Origin: Candidatus Elarobacter sp.
Lineage (GTDB): Bacteria > Vulcanimicrobiota > Vulcanimicrobiia > Vulcanimicrobiales > Vulcanimicrobiaceae
NCBI GenBank assembly: GCA_036264835.1
Contig: DATAQE010000142.1
Location: forward strand, 312 to 64,311
DNA length: 64,000 nucleotides
Direction: 5' to 3'
The position numbers and the translations under genes are program-made. The notes beneath the pieces were generated by a model. It had not been told where the DNA came from and made no database searches. It saw only the letters and a list, made by a program, of their open reading frames with translations. Of this stretch, positions 1 through 9,975 are shown in pieces (the stretch's first letter is position 1; each line of letters opens with the position of its first letter).

Positions 1-633
1 GGCGAATGGGTCGCGCTCGCCGGCGTCGCGGGCGCCGGGAAATCGACGCTGATGAACGCGATCGCGGGCACGCTCGCGCTGCGCGGCGGATCGCTGCGCT
101 TCGGCGGGACCGAGCTCGCCGGCCGTGCCGCGCACGAGCGCGTCCGGCTCGGGATCGCGCTCGTCCCGCAGGGCCGCCGGCTGTTCGCCGGGATGAGCGT
201 CGAAGAGAACCTCGTCGCGGGCGGACACGTTCGTCCGTCCCGCGCCGCGCTCGCCGAGGCGGCGGAGCGCGCGTACGCGCTCTTCCCGCGGCTGCGCGAA
301 CGCCGGCGGCAAGCCGCCGGGACGCTGAGCGGCGGCGAGCAGCAGATGTGCGCGATCGCGCGCGCGCTGATGTCGGCGCCGCGGCTGCTGCTCATCGACG
401 AGCTCTCGCTCGGGCTCGCGCCGATCGTGCTCGACGACCTGCTCGAGGCGCTCGAACGGATCCGGCGCGACGGAACGGCGCTGCTCGTCGTCGAGCAGGA
501 CGTCGAGGCGGCGCTGCGCTATGCGGCGCGCGCGTACGTGATGCAGCTCGGGACGATCGTGCTCGCGGGCGCGTCGAGCGAGGTGCGCGCCGATCCGCGC
601 TTTCACGCCTCGTACATGGGGATCGCCGGATGA
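1..633 (+). CDS. livF: Branched-chain amino acid-type ABC transporter ATP-binding subunit (5' truncated by window)
   Basis: Frame 1 is open from base 1: Walker A GVAGAGKST, VPQGRRLF, signature LSGGEQQM, Walker B LLLIDE followed by SLGLAP, VEQ. Confidence 0.9.
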   Translation, partial: GEWVALAGVAGAGKSTLMNAIAGTLALRGGSLRFGGTELAGRAAHERVRLGIALVPQGRRLFAGMSVEENLVAGGHVRPSRAALAEAAERAYALFPRLRERRRQAAGTLSGGEQQMCAIARALMSAPRLLLIDELSLGLAPIVLDDLLEALERIRRDGTALLVVEQDVEAALRYAARAYVMQLGTIVLAGASSEVRADPRFHASYMGIAG

Positions 634-1376
634 GCGCTGCGCAGCTCGCCGCGCCGATCCTCGAGGTTCGCTCGGTGACGGTCGCGTACGCGAAGCTGCA
701 CGCGCTCGCGGGCGTCTCGCTGCAGGTCGGACACGGCGAGATCGTCGGCGTCATCGGCCCAAACGGCGCCGGGAAGTCGACGCTCGTCGACGTGATCGCC
801 GGCCGCACTGCGCCGGCGCGCGGCGAGGTGCTCCTCGACGGCGTCTCGACGCGCGGGCTCGCCGCGTTCCGCGTCGCGCGCCGCGGGATCGCGCGGACGT
901 TTCAGGTCGCGCACGCGTTTCGCGAGGCGAGCGTCCTCGACAGCGTCGTCGTTCCGGTGCTCGCCGAGACCGCGAGCTTGCGCGCCGCACGCGAGCACGC
1001 GCTCGAGATGCTGCGCCTCGTCGACCTCGCCGAGCAGGCGGATGCGCGCGCCGAGCATCTCGACGTCGCGCAGCGCAAGCGGCTGCAGCTCGCGCAGGCG
1101 CTCGCGCTGCGCCCGCGGCTGCTGCTGCTCGACGAGATCATGGCCGGGCTTCCGCCGGCCGAGATCGACGCGTTCGTCGCGCTGGTCCGCCGGATCAATG
1201 CTGACGGGACGACGATCCTCGTCGTCGAGCACGTGATGCGCGCGATCCAGGCGCTCGCCGGCCGCATCGTCGTGCTCCATCACGGCGAGAAGATCGCCGA
1301 CGACCCGCCGGCGCTCGTCTTCCGCGATCCGGCGGTGATGAAGGCGTACCTCGGCCCGCGCTTCGAGGCCTCGTGA
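630..1376 (+). CDS. livG: Branched-chain amino acid-type ABC transporter ATP-binding subunit
   Basis: ATG at 630 overlaps the livF stop (ATGA). Motifs GVIGPNGAGKST, GIARTFQ, LLLDEIMAGL, VEHVM and C-terminal AYLG. Confidence 0.9.
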   Translation: MSAAQLAAPILEVRSVTVAYAKLHALAGVSLQVGHGEIVGVIGPNGAGKSTLVDVIAGRTAPARGEVLLDGVSTRGLAAFRVARRGIARTFQVAHAFREASVLDSVVVPVLAETASLRAAREHALEMLRLVDLAEQADARAEHLDVAQRKRLQLAQALALRPRLLLLDEIMAGLPPAEIDAFVALVRRINADGTTILVVEHVMRAIQALAGRIVVLHHGEKIADDPPALVFRDPAVMKAYLGPRFEAS

Positions 1377-3235
1377 GCGAGACGCCGATCGTCCCGCCGC
1401 CGCCCGGCGCCGCGGCCTGGTATCCGATCGCGGACGCCGAGGCGTGGCGCAGTGCGGCGCGCCGCGACCCGCTCGCGTTCTGGGCGTCGTTCGTCGACGG
1501 CTTCGTGTGGCGGCGGCGCCCGCAGCGCGTCTTCGAGGGTTCGCTCGGCGATGCGCACTGGTTCGCCGACGGCGAGCTGAACGTCACCGAGTCGTGCCTC
1601 GACCGCCACGCCGCGGCGGCGCCGGATGCGATCGCGTACGAGTACGTCTGCGAGAACGGCGACCGGCGCACGATCTCGTACGGAGAGCTGCTGCGCGAGG
1701 TCTGCCGGCTCGCGAACGCGCTCCGGCGCGACGGGATCGGCCGCGGCGACCGCGTCGCGATCTACCTGCCGAACGTCCCGGAAGCGATCGTCGCGATGCT
1801 GGCCTGCGCGCGGATCGGCGCAATCCACTGCGTGATCTTCGCCGGTCTCGGGAGCGCCGCGCTCGCGGCGCGCCTGCACGACGTGGGCGCCGTCGCGCTG
1901 CTCGCGGCCGACCTGACGTTCCGCCGCGGCCGCACGATCGATCTGCTCGCGCCGGTGCGCGCGGCGCTCGCGGACCTTCCCGCGGTTCGCCGCGTGGTGC
2001 TGTGGCGACGCGGTGCGCGCCAAGCCCCCGTCCATCCCGGCGAGGTCGACTGGGATGCGTATCTGGACGGAGCGCAGACGCACGCGCCGCCGGAGATCGT
2101 CGGTTCGGAGACGCCGCTCTTCGTACTGCACACCAGCGGGACGACCGGCGCGCCGAAGGGGATCGTCCACGTCCACGGCGGCTTCCTGGTCGGCGGCGCG
2201 TCGATCTTCGCCGCGATGACCGGGCTGACGCCGGACGACGTGTTCTACTGCACGAGCGACGTCGGCTGGATGACCGGGCATCTGCAGCTGATCTACGGCG
2301 CGCTCGCCAACCGCTTTCATTCCGTGATGCGCGAGGGCGCGCCCGACCATCCCGGCGTGGAGGCGACGTACGAGCTGATCGAACGCCATCGCGTCACGCA
2401 GATCTACACGACGCCGACGTACGCGCGCATGCTGCTGCGCGGCGGCGCCGAGGCGCCGCGCCGCTACGATCTCTCCTCGCTGCGCGCGATCTACTCGGGC
2501 GGCGAGCCGCTCAACCCGCCGGTCTGGCGCTTTCTGTTCGAGGACGTCGGCCGCGGCCGCGTCGCGGTCTGCCAGCACTGGGGGCAGACGGAGACCGGCG
2601 CGCCGAGCCTCGGCTTCTTGCCCACGGAAGCGATCCGGCCCGACCGGACCGGACGGCCGATGGGGCCGCTCGCGTTCGACGTCGTCGACGAGCGCGGCGA
2701 GAGCCTCCCGGCCGGCGCCGACGGCGCCTTCGTGATGCGCGAGCCGTGGCCGCACATGTTCGTCGGGATCTGGAACGATCCGGGGCGCTACGCCGCGTGC
2801 TTCGAGCGGATCCCGGGCTGCTACGAGACCGGCGATGCCGGACGCCGCGACGCGGAGGGTTTCTTCACCGTCGCCGGGCGCGCCGACGACGTCCTCAACG
2901 TGGCGGGCCACCTGCTCGCCCCCGCCGCGATCGAGAGCGCGCTGCTCGCCCATCCGGCGGTCGCCGAGGCCGCCGCGATCGGCGTCCCGGACGAGCTCCG
3001 CGGCGAGAGCGTCACGGCGTTCGTGGTCCTGCGCGACGGGCACGCGCCGAGCGAGGAGCTGCGTGGCGCGCTGATCGCGACGGTGCGCGAGCGCGCCGGC
3101 CCGATCGCCGCGCCGCATCGGATCGCGTTCGTCGAGGCCGTCCCGAAGACGCGCAGCGGGAAGATCATGCGGCGTTTGCTCCGCGCGCGGGAGCTAAATC
3201 TTGATCCAGGCGATGTGACGACGCTCGAAGACTAG
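1373..3235 (+). CDS. Acetate-CoA ligase-like acyl-CoA synthetase (AMP-forming) with altered acyl pocket
   Basis: WFADGELN, HTSGTTGAPKG, WGQTETG, TGD, GRADD, PKTRSGKIMRRLL. GTGA overlap with livG. Confidence 0.88.
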   Translation: MSETPIVPPPPGAAAWYPIADAEAWRSAARRDPLAFWASFVDGFVWRRRPQRVFEGSLGDAHWFADGELNVTESCLDRHAAAAPDAIAYEYVCENGDRRTISYGELLREVCRLANALRRDGIGRGDRVAIYLPNVPEAIVAMLACARIGAIHCVIFAGLGSAALAARLHDVGAVALLAADLTFRRGRTIDLLAPVRAALADLPAVRRVVLWRRGARQAPVHPGEVDWDAYLDGAQTHAPPEIVGSETPLFVLHTSGTTGAPKGIVHVHGGFLVGGASIFAAMTGLTPDDVFYCTSDVGWMTGHLQLIYGALANRFHSVMREGAPDHPGVEATYELIERHRVTQIYTTPTYARMLLRGGAEAPRRYDLSSLRAIYSGGEPLNPPVWRFLFEDVGRGRVAVCQHWGQTETGAPSLGFLPTEAIRPDRTGRPMGPLAFDVVDERGESLPAGADGAFVMREPWPHMFVGIWNDPGRYAACFERIPGCYETGDAGRRDAEGFFTVAGRADDVLNVAGHLLAPAAIESALLAHPAVAEAAAIGVPDELRGESVTAFVVLRDGHAPSEELRGALIATVRERAGPIAAPHRIAFVEAVPKTRSGKIMRRLLRARELNLDPGDVTTLED

Positions 3236-3252
3236 CCCGGCGCTGCCGATAC
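3225..3252 (+). promoter_or_regulatory. Putative sigma28-like promoter of the Gly-rich surface protein gene
   Basis: TCGA-N16-GCCGATAC ending 10 nt before GTG 3262. The -35 match is weak. Confidence 0.4.
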
Positions 3253-3261
3253 ATAATCAAA

Positions 3262-5751
3262 GTGGGACCGGTCCTCGTACTGCGCCGCGTCTGTTCGCGT
3301 GGGACACAGCTGATCCGACGAACGGGTGCGGTCCTCGTCGCGTTCTCGCTCGCGGCGACCCTCGTGGTCGCCGTGCGCGAGCCTGCGCGCGCGGCCGCGC
3401 TGTGCGGGACGCCGGGCCGCGACGGGAGCGGGACGATCACCGGGGTGGTCAACACGTACTTCCCCGCCACGGCGAGCGCGGCGGCGACCGCGACCTCGAT
3501 CACGCTCGGCGCGCACGCGACCGGCGACGCCAACGTCGCGATCGCGACCGGCGACCTGCTGCTGGTGATCCAGATGCAAGGCGCGACGATCAACAGTTCC
3601 AACTCCTCCGCGTACGGCGACGGCAGCACGGGCGCCGGCTACACCTCCGCGACCGCGGGGACGTACGAGTACGTCGTGGCGAACGGCAACCTCGCGACGA
3701 CCGGCGGCACGCTGGCGATCAAAGGGACGAACTCCGGCGGTCTGAACCACGCCTACACCGCGTCCGGGAGCTCGCGCTTTCAGGTGATCCGCGTCCCGCA
3801 GTACAATGCGCCGACGATCGGCGCGGCGCTGACCGCGCTGTCGTGGAACGGGACCGCCGGCGGCGTGCTCGCGATCGACGCCGCGAACCTCGTCGCCGCG
3901 AGCGGTACGGTCAGCGTCGACGGCCGCGGCTTCCGCGGCGGCGGCGCGCGCCAGCTCGCCGGCGACGCGACCGCCGCCAACGGCGACTACATGAACTCCA
4001 ACGCGAAGAACGCGCACGGCCAGAAGGGCGAAGGGATCGCCGGGACGCCGACCTACGTGTACAGCTCGGTGAGCTCCGCGGAGTCCGGGAGCGGGACCGC
4101 CGACGGTTACCCCGGCGGCGACACGGGGCGCGGCGCGCCCGGCAACGCCGGCGGCGGCGGCGCCGACGCGGACGTCCCCGCGAACGACCAGAACACCGGC
4201 GGCGGCGGCGGCGGGAACGGCGGCGCGGGCGGTGTCGGCGGGAAGTCGTACTCCTCGGACCTCGCCTACGGCGGGCTCGGCGGGACGTTCACGCCGGCGC
4301 AAACGCAGCTCGTCATGGGCGGCGGCGGCGGCGCGGGCTCCCGCAACAACAGCAGCGGCGCGATGTCCTCGGGCGGGAGCGGCGGCGGAATCGTCATGAT
4401 GCGCGTCGCCGCCTTCACCGGCACGATGACGGTCTCGGCGAACGGCATGATGGGCGTGGATCCCGACAACGACGGCGGCGGCGGCGGCGGTGCGGGCGGC
4501 TCGGTGATCGTCACGGCGCCCGCGACGATCCAAGGCATCACGGTCAACGCGAACGGTGCGAACGGCACCGACGCGGACGTGCTCAACGCGGGAAAGAACG
4601 CGCACGGCCCGGGCGGCGGCGGCGGCGGCGGCGTCGAGGTGGACAGCGGCGGCATCTACACGCACAACGTGAACGGCGGCGCCGCGGGCGTCACCGACGG
4701 CAGCCCCACGCCGGACGCGCACTACGGCGCGGCGGCCGGGGCGACCGGACAGCTTTTCGGGATGAACTACCTGAACGTGCCGGGTGCGTCGTCCGGTGCG
4801 GAGTGCGTGTCGTCGACGGGGACGCTCTACATCGGTCCGGTCGGCGTCCCGCAGGCGACGGGAAGCTACGACGGCAACGCCGCGACGACGAACAACAACG
4901 ACTTCGTCGAGAAGTCGTTCACCCCGGCGGGCTTCAACGCGATCAACAGCTCGACGACGCCCGGCTCGCCGAACGGCAACACGTACACCGCCGCGGTGAC
5001 CGGCATCGCCCTGCGGCACGAAGTGAAGAACACGGCCGGGGGCAACGTGCAGGTCATCTACTACGCGCAAGCGCCGTCCGGCTGGACCGTCGCCGTCTAC
5101 AACGACAGCGGCGGCGCGCTGGGCACCCAGATCGCGGGAACGGCCAGCTCGAACACCTATCAGACGACCGCGACCGTGGCGATCGCCGGGGGCGCCAGCG
5201 CGTTCGTGTGGACGGTGTACGCAGCGCCGACCGGGCTGCAGGCCTTCAACCGCTTCGACGCCATCCTCGCCGCGATCGACGGCGGCAACGTCGCGAACAA
5301 CAACCAGGTCCACGACGAGCTCTACACCGGCTACGTCGTGCAGACGAAGTCGTACACGATCACCTCGACCGGCTGCTCCGGCAGCGTCCCCGCCGGCACG
5401 TGGTGCCCGGGCGGGATCTTGAGCTACACGATCGACGTGCGCAACATCGCGGTCGCGGCGAACGGGACGACCCCCGCGAGCGCGACGCTGACCGCGAACA
5501 CGCTCACCCTGACGGACGACGGCTCGAACACGAACTCGTGGGCGAAGGACGGCGGCTACATGAACACGCCGGGCTACTCCTCGAGCGGGACCGCGCCGAC
5601 GACCGTGACGTATTACTACAACGCGTCGAGCTCGACGGCGTTCCCGGCGAGCTACAACACGACGAACAAAGTCTTCAAGATCACGGCGAGCTGGACGGCG
5701 CTCGGCGCGGGCTCGAGCTCGCAGCTGATGTTCAGCGCCGTCCAGTTCTGA
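3262..5751 (+). CDS. Secreted glycine-rich surface protein with C-terminal DUF11-like Ig domain
   Basis: N-terminal signal peptide (..EPARAAA), many polyGly runs (GGGGGGNGGAGGVGG), C-terminal PGGILSYTIDVRN strand pattern. Start codon uncertain. Confidence 0.7.
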   Translation: MGPVLVLRRVCSRGTQLIRRTGAVLVAFSLAATLVVAVREPARAAALCGTPGRDGSGTITGVVNTYFPATASAAATATSITLGAHATGDANVAIATGDLLLVIQMQGATINSSNSSAYGDGSTGAGYTSATAGTYEYVVANGNLATTGGTLAIKGTNSGGLNHAYTASGSSRFQVIRVPQYNAPTIGAALTALSWNGTAGGVLAIDAANLVAASGTVSVDGRGFRGGGARQLAGDATAANGDYMNSNAKNAHGQKGEGIAGTPTYVYSSVSSAESGSGTADGYPGGDTGRGAPGNAGGGGADADVPANDQNTGGGGGGNGGAGGVGGKSYSSDLAYGGLGGTFTPAQTQLVMGGGGGAGSRNNSSGAMSSGGSGGGIVMMRVAAFTGTMTVSANGMMGVDPDNDGGGGGGAGGSVIVTAPATIQGITVNANGANGTDADVLNAGKNAHGPGGGGGGGVEVDSGGIYTHNVNGGAAGVTDGSPTPDAHYGAAAGATGQLFGMNYLNVPGASSGAECVSSTGTLYIGPVGVPQATGSYDGNAATTNNNDFVEKSFTPAGFNAINSSTTPGSPNGNTYTAAVTGIALRHEVKNTAGGNVQVIYYAQAPSGWTVAVYNDSGGALGTQIAGTASSNTYQTTATVAIAGGASAFVWTVYAAPTGLQAFNRFDAILAAIDGGNVANNNQVHDELYTGYVVQTKSYTITSTGCSGSVPAGTWCPGGILSYTIDVRNIAVAANGTTPASATLTANTLTLTDDGSNTNSWAKDGGYMNTPGYSSSGTAPTTVTYYYNASSSTAFPASYNTTNKVFKITASWTALGAGSSSQLMFSAVQF

Positions 5752-5758
5752 CCGCGGG

Positions 5759-6799
5759 TCAGTGCGGCGCGGTGGTGGTCGAGGGGCACTCGCCCATCAC
5801 ACCGGTCTTCTCGCGGAGATCGAGCGCGCTACCCGCGGCGATGATGCCGTGGATGATCGCGGTCTCGACCTTCACCTGCGAGCTCTGCGGCGCGAGCAGC
5901 GATCCCTCGAACTGAACGAGCGGATCGCCGGCCTGGTCGTCCTCGCTCTTGAGCGTGACCGAGCCCGCGGTCTTCGCGCCGCTCGCCGGGACGACGTTGA
6001 TCAGCACTTGGCGCTCGTCCATCCCGCCGCTCACCGTGAGGTTCGCGTTCTCGAGGGCGACCGTGCCCGTCACGTTGATGACGAAGCTCGCGCCGGCCGG
6101 CGCGTTCAGCACGACGTCCTGATCGGTCACGCGCAGGCTCGGCAGGTTCAGCACGTTCAGGCCGGCCTTGCCCTGGATCGCGATCGTGCCGAGGTGGTAC
6201 GGGAGCGCGCTCTTCGCGACGTTCGGCTTCGTGCCGGCGGTGAGCGCGTTGTTCGAGTCGCTCATCGTCGCCGGGAGCGAGGCGTAGTACCGGCTGCGCG
6301 CAATCGCGTCTTGCGCGCTGACGCCGAGGTCGATCGGGTCGTTCACGACGCCCTTCGTGACGCTCGAGCCGCCGGAGATCGAGACCTTGGTCCCGCTGTT
6401 CAGTACGGTGATCGAGCCGGAGACCGTGCTGCCGTTCTCGATCGACGCGCCGCCGAGCTCCGGCGAACTCCGCCCGATCGGGAACGCCGTCAGCGCGACG
6501 CTCCCGGTCACGAAGCCCGGGTCTTCGGCGCCCAGCGTGAGGCTCGGCGCGAGCACGCTGTACGCGCAGACGGTCTTCAGATCGATCGCGCCGGCGGGGG
6601 CCGGGGTCGCGGGCGGCGCCGGCGTCGGCGTGCCGGACGGGTTCCCGATCACTCCGGTCTGCGCGGCGCGGCCCTCGGAGGCCGGTGCGAGGGAGGCCGC
6701 GTGCGGTATCCCGCCGCCGCATCCCGCCGCCGTGACGAGCAAAAGCGCTCCGAGCCCCGAAAGGGCCGAGCGCTGATCTGAGAAGCGGTTCCGTTTCAT
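5759..6799 (-). CDS. Lipoprotein with choice-of-anchor A / ice-binding-like adhesive domain
   Basis: Lipobox AAGC, Pro/Thr linker, then LNVLNL..VVLNAPAGASFVINVTG..VLINV..GSLLAP..IHGIIAA. Confidence 0.65.
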   Translation of the reverse strand: MKRNRFSDQRSALSGLGALLLVTAAGCGGGIPHAASLAPASEGRAAQTGVIGNPSGTPTPAPPATPAPAGAIDLKTVCAYSVLAPSLTLGAEDPGFVTGSVALTAFPIGRSSPELGGASIENGSTVSGSITVLNSGTKVSISGGSSVTKGVVNDPIDLGVSAQDAIARSRYYASLPATMSDSNNALTAGTKPNVAKSALPYHLGTIAIQGKAGLNVLNLPSLRVTDQDVVLNAPAGASFVINVTGTVALENANLTVSGGMDERQVLINVVPASGAKTAGSVTLKSEDDQAGDPLVQFEGSLLAPQSSQVKVETAIIHGIIAAGSALDLREKTGVMGECPSTTTAPH

Positions 6800-6856
6800 C
6801 CGTGCTGTCTTCCTTGACGCCCACGCTGGCTGCAGGCCCGCGTCCGTGCGAGTCCT

Positions 6857-6870
6857 AGGACCTTCGTCCC
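6857..6870 (-). promoter_or_regulatory. Inverted-repeat operator-like site (R)GGAC-N4-GTCC(Y)
   Basis: AGGAC CTTC GTCCC, 58 nt upstream of the 6799 start. Similar sites at 23576 and 33663. Confidence 0.4.
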
Positions 6871-6901
6871 CACATCGGCGCCCGGTCTAACGGGGTCGGC
6901 C

Positions 6902-8005
6902 TCACGGGACTCCGACCGCGTACGTTACACTGCCGGAGTTCGTCGCCGGCGTGTACCCGAGCGTTCCGGCGAACGTCCACTTCACGTGCGTGACCGTCGC
7001 GTCGTATCCCGACGCGGCACCGCCGGCTCCGCTCACCGGCGTGTAGCCGAACGTCGTCCCGCCGTCGTTCGAGTAGGTGACCGTGCAGCCCGTCAGGCCG
7101 GACGAGGGCAGCGTGTACGCCGCCGATCCGATCTTCCACCAGGTCGCGGCCGGGATCGGCTGGTTCACGACCAGCTGCTGTGCCGGCTGGGTGCCGTTGT
7201 TCGTGTAGGCGACGGAGTAGCTGAGGTCCTCACCCGAGTACGCATCGGAGCACGTCGCCGAGGTGCACGCGAGCGAGAGCTGCACGAGCGGCACGACGCT
7301 CGGGGCCAGCGAGGCCGCGACGATCGACCACGGCTTGCTCGCGCCGAGCGTCCAGCTCATCGTCACCGATGCCGCGCCGGGCTGCGTGCTGCTCGCAGCG
7401 CGCGCGTTCGACGCGTCGCCCGATCCGCTGTGGGTGCTCCACTGCTCCGTCTGCGACGCCCCCGCGGTGAGCGAGATGGCGTCGCCGTTCGCCGTCACCG
7501 TGTCGACGACGAGCGCGCCGGTCACGCTCGCGATCGCGACCGTCGCCGCGGTCGAGTTGCCGCTCGCGGAGGCGCTCGTCGGAGCCGATTGGACGACCCC
7601 CGAGAACGAGACCGACCCCGCGGCGATCGCCTTCGACTGGCTCAGCGTGACCGTGATCGTCGCGCTCCCGCTCGCGGGTGCGAGCAGGTACCAGATCTCG
7701 GTTCGGTTCTGGTTCCCGGGCCCGTTCTGCGCGGCGAGGAACGTCAGCGCGGTGCCGCCGTACGTCACGCCGCTCACGGTCGTGTTCCCGTCGCGTATCG
7801 AGATGCCGACGACGAGGATGCGGCTTGGATTCGTGCCGACGGTATGTGACCACGACAGCGACGACGCTTGCGCGGGCGAGGCCGCCGAGGCGGCGGGTGA
7901 GTCGGCGACGACGGCGGCGTTCGCCGGGGACGCCAGCAGCGAAACGAGGACCACCGTGCAGAGCATGGTCCACAAGAAGACCGCCGGCTTCCATCGGAAG
8001 GTCAC
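6902..8005 (-). CDS. Secreted protein with C-terminal DUF11-like domain
   Basis: Signal peptide (..SPANAA), beta-rich N-terminal domain, GEDLSYSVAYTNNG..QPIPA..YSNDGGTTFGYTP..VTHVKWTF. Confidence 0.7.
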   Translation of the reverse strand: MTFRWKPAVFLWTMLCTVVLVSLLASPANAAVVADSPAASAASPAQASSLSWSHTVGTNPSRILVVGISIRDGNTTVSGVTYGGTALTFLAAQNGPGNQNRTEIWYLLAPASGSATITVTLSQSKAIAAGSVSFSGVVQSAPTSASASGNSTAATVAIASVTGALVVDTVTANGDAISLTAGASQTEQWSTHSGSGDASNARAASSTQPGAASVTMSWTLGASKPWSIVAASLAPSVVPLVQLSLACTSATCSDAYSGEDLSYSVAYTNNGTQPAQQLVVNQPIPAATWWKIGSAAYTLPSSGLTGCTVTYSNDGGTTFGYTPVSGAGGAASGYDATVTHVKWTFAGTLGYTPATNSGSVTYAVGVP

Positions 8006-8297
8006 ACGTGCAATCCTTTGCGACGCCGCGCCGGTCCGTCGACCGTTGCAAGCGAAAGGCTGACCCTTGCTGCTTGTCGTTCACCGTGTGACGCCGGCCC
8101 TAACGGGCGAATTCCGGAATTTTACCGATTCATCACGCTGCGGACGATCGGACTCGCTCGTTCAGCGGTTGTCCGAGCTGGCCCGGTCAGTCACGGCCGT
8201 TGCGCCGGCCCGGCTGCGGATCGCGTTAACCGTGAGAGGCGCCCGGGACGTGGGAAAGTGATCGAACCCGAGTAGGAAAGCGAAGGATCGCCGCCCA

Positions 8298-9947
8298 GTG
8301 AGACTTGTAAATCAGGACGAGATTGCCGAGCGCCTCGAGGCCTATGCCGAGCGCATCGGGCCATTCGGGTTCTCCGGCGCCTTTCTGGTGGGCCGCGGGG
8401 CCGATATCGTCTACGAGCGCGGCGTGGGCTATGCCGATCGCCGGACGGAGTCGCCGATCACCCCGGACACGATCTTCGATACCGGCTCGATCACCAAGCA
8501 GTTCACCGCGGCGACGATCCTTGCACTCCAAGAGGCCGGACGACTGCGCGTCACCGACACGCTGGCGACGTTCTTTCCGGAGGCTCCGGAGGACAAGCGC
8601 GCGATCACCGTTCACGAGCTGCTCTCGCACTCGGCCGGCTTGCGCTTCACCTTTGGCCACGACTACGATCCGCTGACCCGCGATGGGCTCATCGCAGCGA
8701 TCATGGCATCCAAGCTGGGAAGCGTTCCGGGCACGGCGTTCAATTACTCGAACGTCGGATACACGCTGCTCGCGGCGATCATCGAGCTCGTCGAAGGGCG
8801 CAGTTACGAGCAGGTGCTGCGCGAACGAATACTCCGGCCGGCCGGCTTGAACGAAACCGGATACGTGCTCCCCGATTGGGATCGCACGCGGATCGCACAC
8901 GGATACGACGGAAGCGCCGATTGGGGAACCTCGCTCGACCACTTGTGGGCGAGCGACGGCCCCTATTGGAACCTGCGCGGCAGCGGTGGGCTGCTCTCGT
9001 CGTTGCGCGATCTGCAGCGGTGGCACCGTGCACTGCGCGACGGATCGGTCCTCTCCGACGAGAGCCGCGTCGCCTTGTTCCGCCCGAACATCGCGATGAC
9101 GAACGAGGTCTCGTACGCGTACGGGTGGTCGATCTCGAAAACGCCGCGCGACACGACCGTGGCTTCGCACCATGGCACCAACGGCGTCTTCCTTGCCGAC
9201 TTTCGGCGCTACCTCGACGAAGACGTCGTGGTGCTGATGTTCACGAATCAAGCGACGCCGGGGTCGGCCATCGTTCACCCGCTGCAACAATTCGTTTTCG
9301 GTCCGGTCCCCGAACTGCCGCCACCGGTCGATGACCACTCCGATCACCTCGAGCGCTTCGCCGGTGACTACGGAAGCAGCATCATCATTCGGGTCGCTGC
9401 CGACCGCACCGGGCTGCTCGTTCAGCCACGCGATCAGCCGGCGTTTTCGGTGATCAGCGCCATACCGCCGAAGTACGCCGCAACCGCGGCGCAGCGGAAT
9501 GCGAAGCAGCATCAGGCGCTCGCGGATGCAGTCGTGGGTGACTACCGCCGGTGGATCGCGCTGCAACTCGAGGACACGCCCGACGTCCGAGCTCACGCGC
9601 ACGCCTTTTGGGACGGGGTTCGCGACACCGTCGGAACCATCACGGCAGTCAACGCGCTCGGAGAGGTCGCCAGCGGAAACGGTGTCGATTCGTATGCCTG
9701 CATCATCGGCAGCGAAGGCGCGTTGCTCGTGCGTATTGCCTGGTCGCATGACGAGTGCATCCAAGAAGTCGATGCGGCGCCGCAGCTCCCGGAGTTTCGC
9801 TTCGCCCGGGCCCTCGACGGAACGTTCATAAACTACGACCTGCGCAACCAAACCGTGGTGCGTCTCCGCTTCGGCGGCGACCTCACGATCGAAGGCCCGG
9901 CCGGAACGTTCCGCGTTGTGCACGCAATGCAGCGGCGCCCGATGTGA
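8298..9947 (+). CDS. Serine hydrolase, beta-lactamase/AmpC-like family, with C-terminal extension
   Basis: SxxK (GSITK), LLSHSAG, FNYSNVGY, HHG. No signal peptide. Confidence 0.85.
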   Translation: MRLVNQDEIAERLEAYAERIGPFGFSGAFLVGRGADIVYERGVGYADRRTESPITPDTIFDTGSITKQFTAATILALQEAGRLRVTDTLATFFPEAPEDKRAITVHELLSHSAGLRFTFGHDYDPLTRDGLIAAIMASKLGSVPGTAFNYSNVGYTLLAAIIELVEGRSYEQVLRERILRPAGLNETGYVLPDWDRTRIAHGYDGSADWGTSLDHLWASDGPYWNLRGSGGLLSSLRDLQRWHRALRDGSVLSDESRVALFRPNIAMTNEVSYAYGWSISKTPRDTTVASHHGTNGVFLADFRRYLDEDVVVLMFTNQATPGSAIVHPLQQFVFGPVPELPPPVDDHSDHLERFAGDYGSSIIIRVAADRTGLLVQPRDQPAFSVISAIPPKYAATAAQRNAKQHQALADAVVGDYRRWIALQLEDTPDVRAHAHAFWDGVRDTVGTITAVNALGEVASGNGVDSYACIIGSEGALLVRIAWSHDECIQEVDAAPQLPEFRFARALDGTFINYDLRNQTVVRLRFGGDLTIEGPAGTFRVVHAMQRRPM

Positions 9948-9975
9948 CCGCGTAAGAACCCTGACGTACGCGCGG

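Noticed and set aside
4120-4700. (GGC)n tracts as contingency repeats or CRISPR-like repeats
   Set aside because: They are in-frame polyglycine codons. No repeat-spacer array or cas genes were seen in the window.
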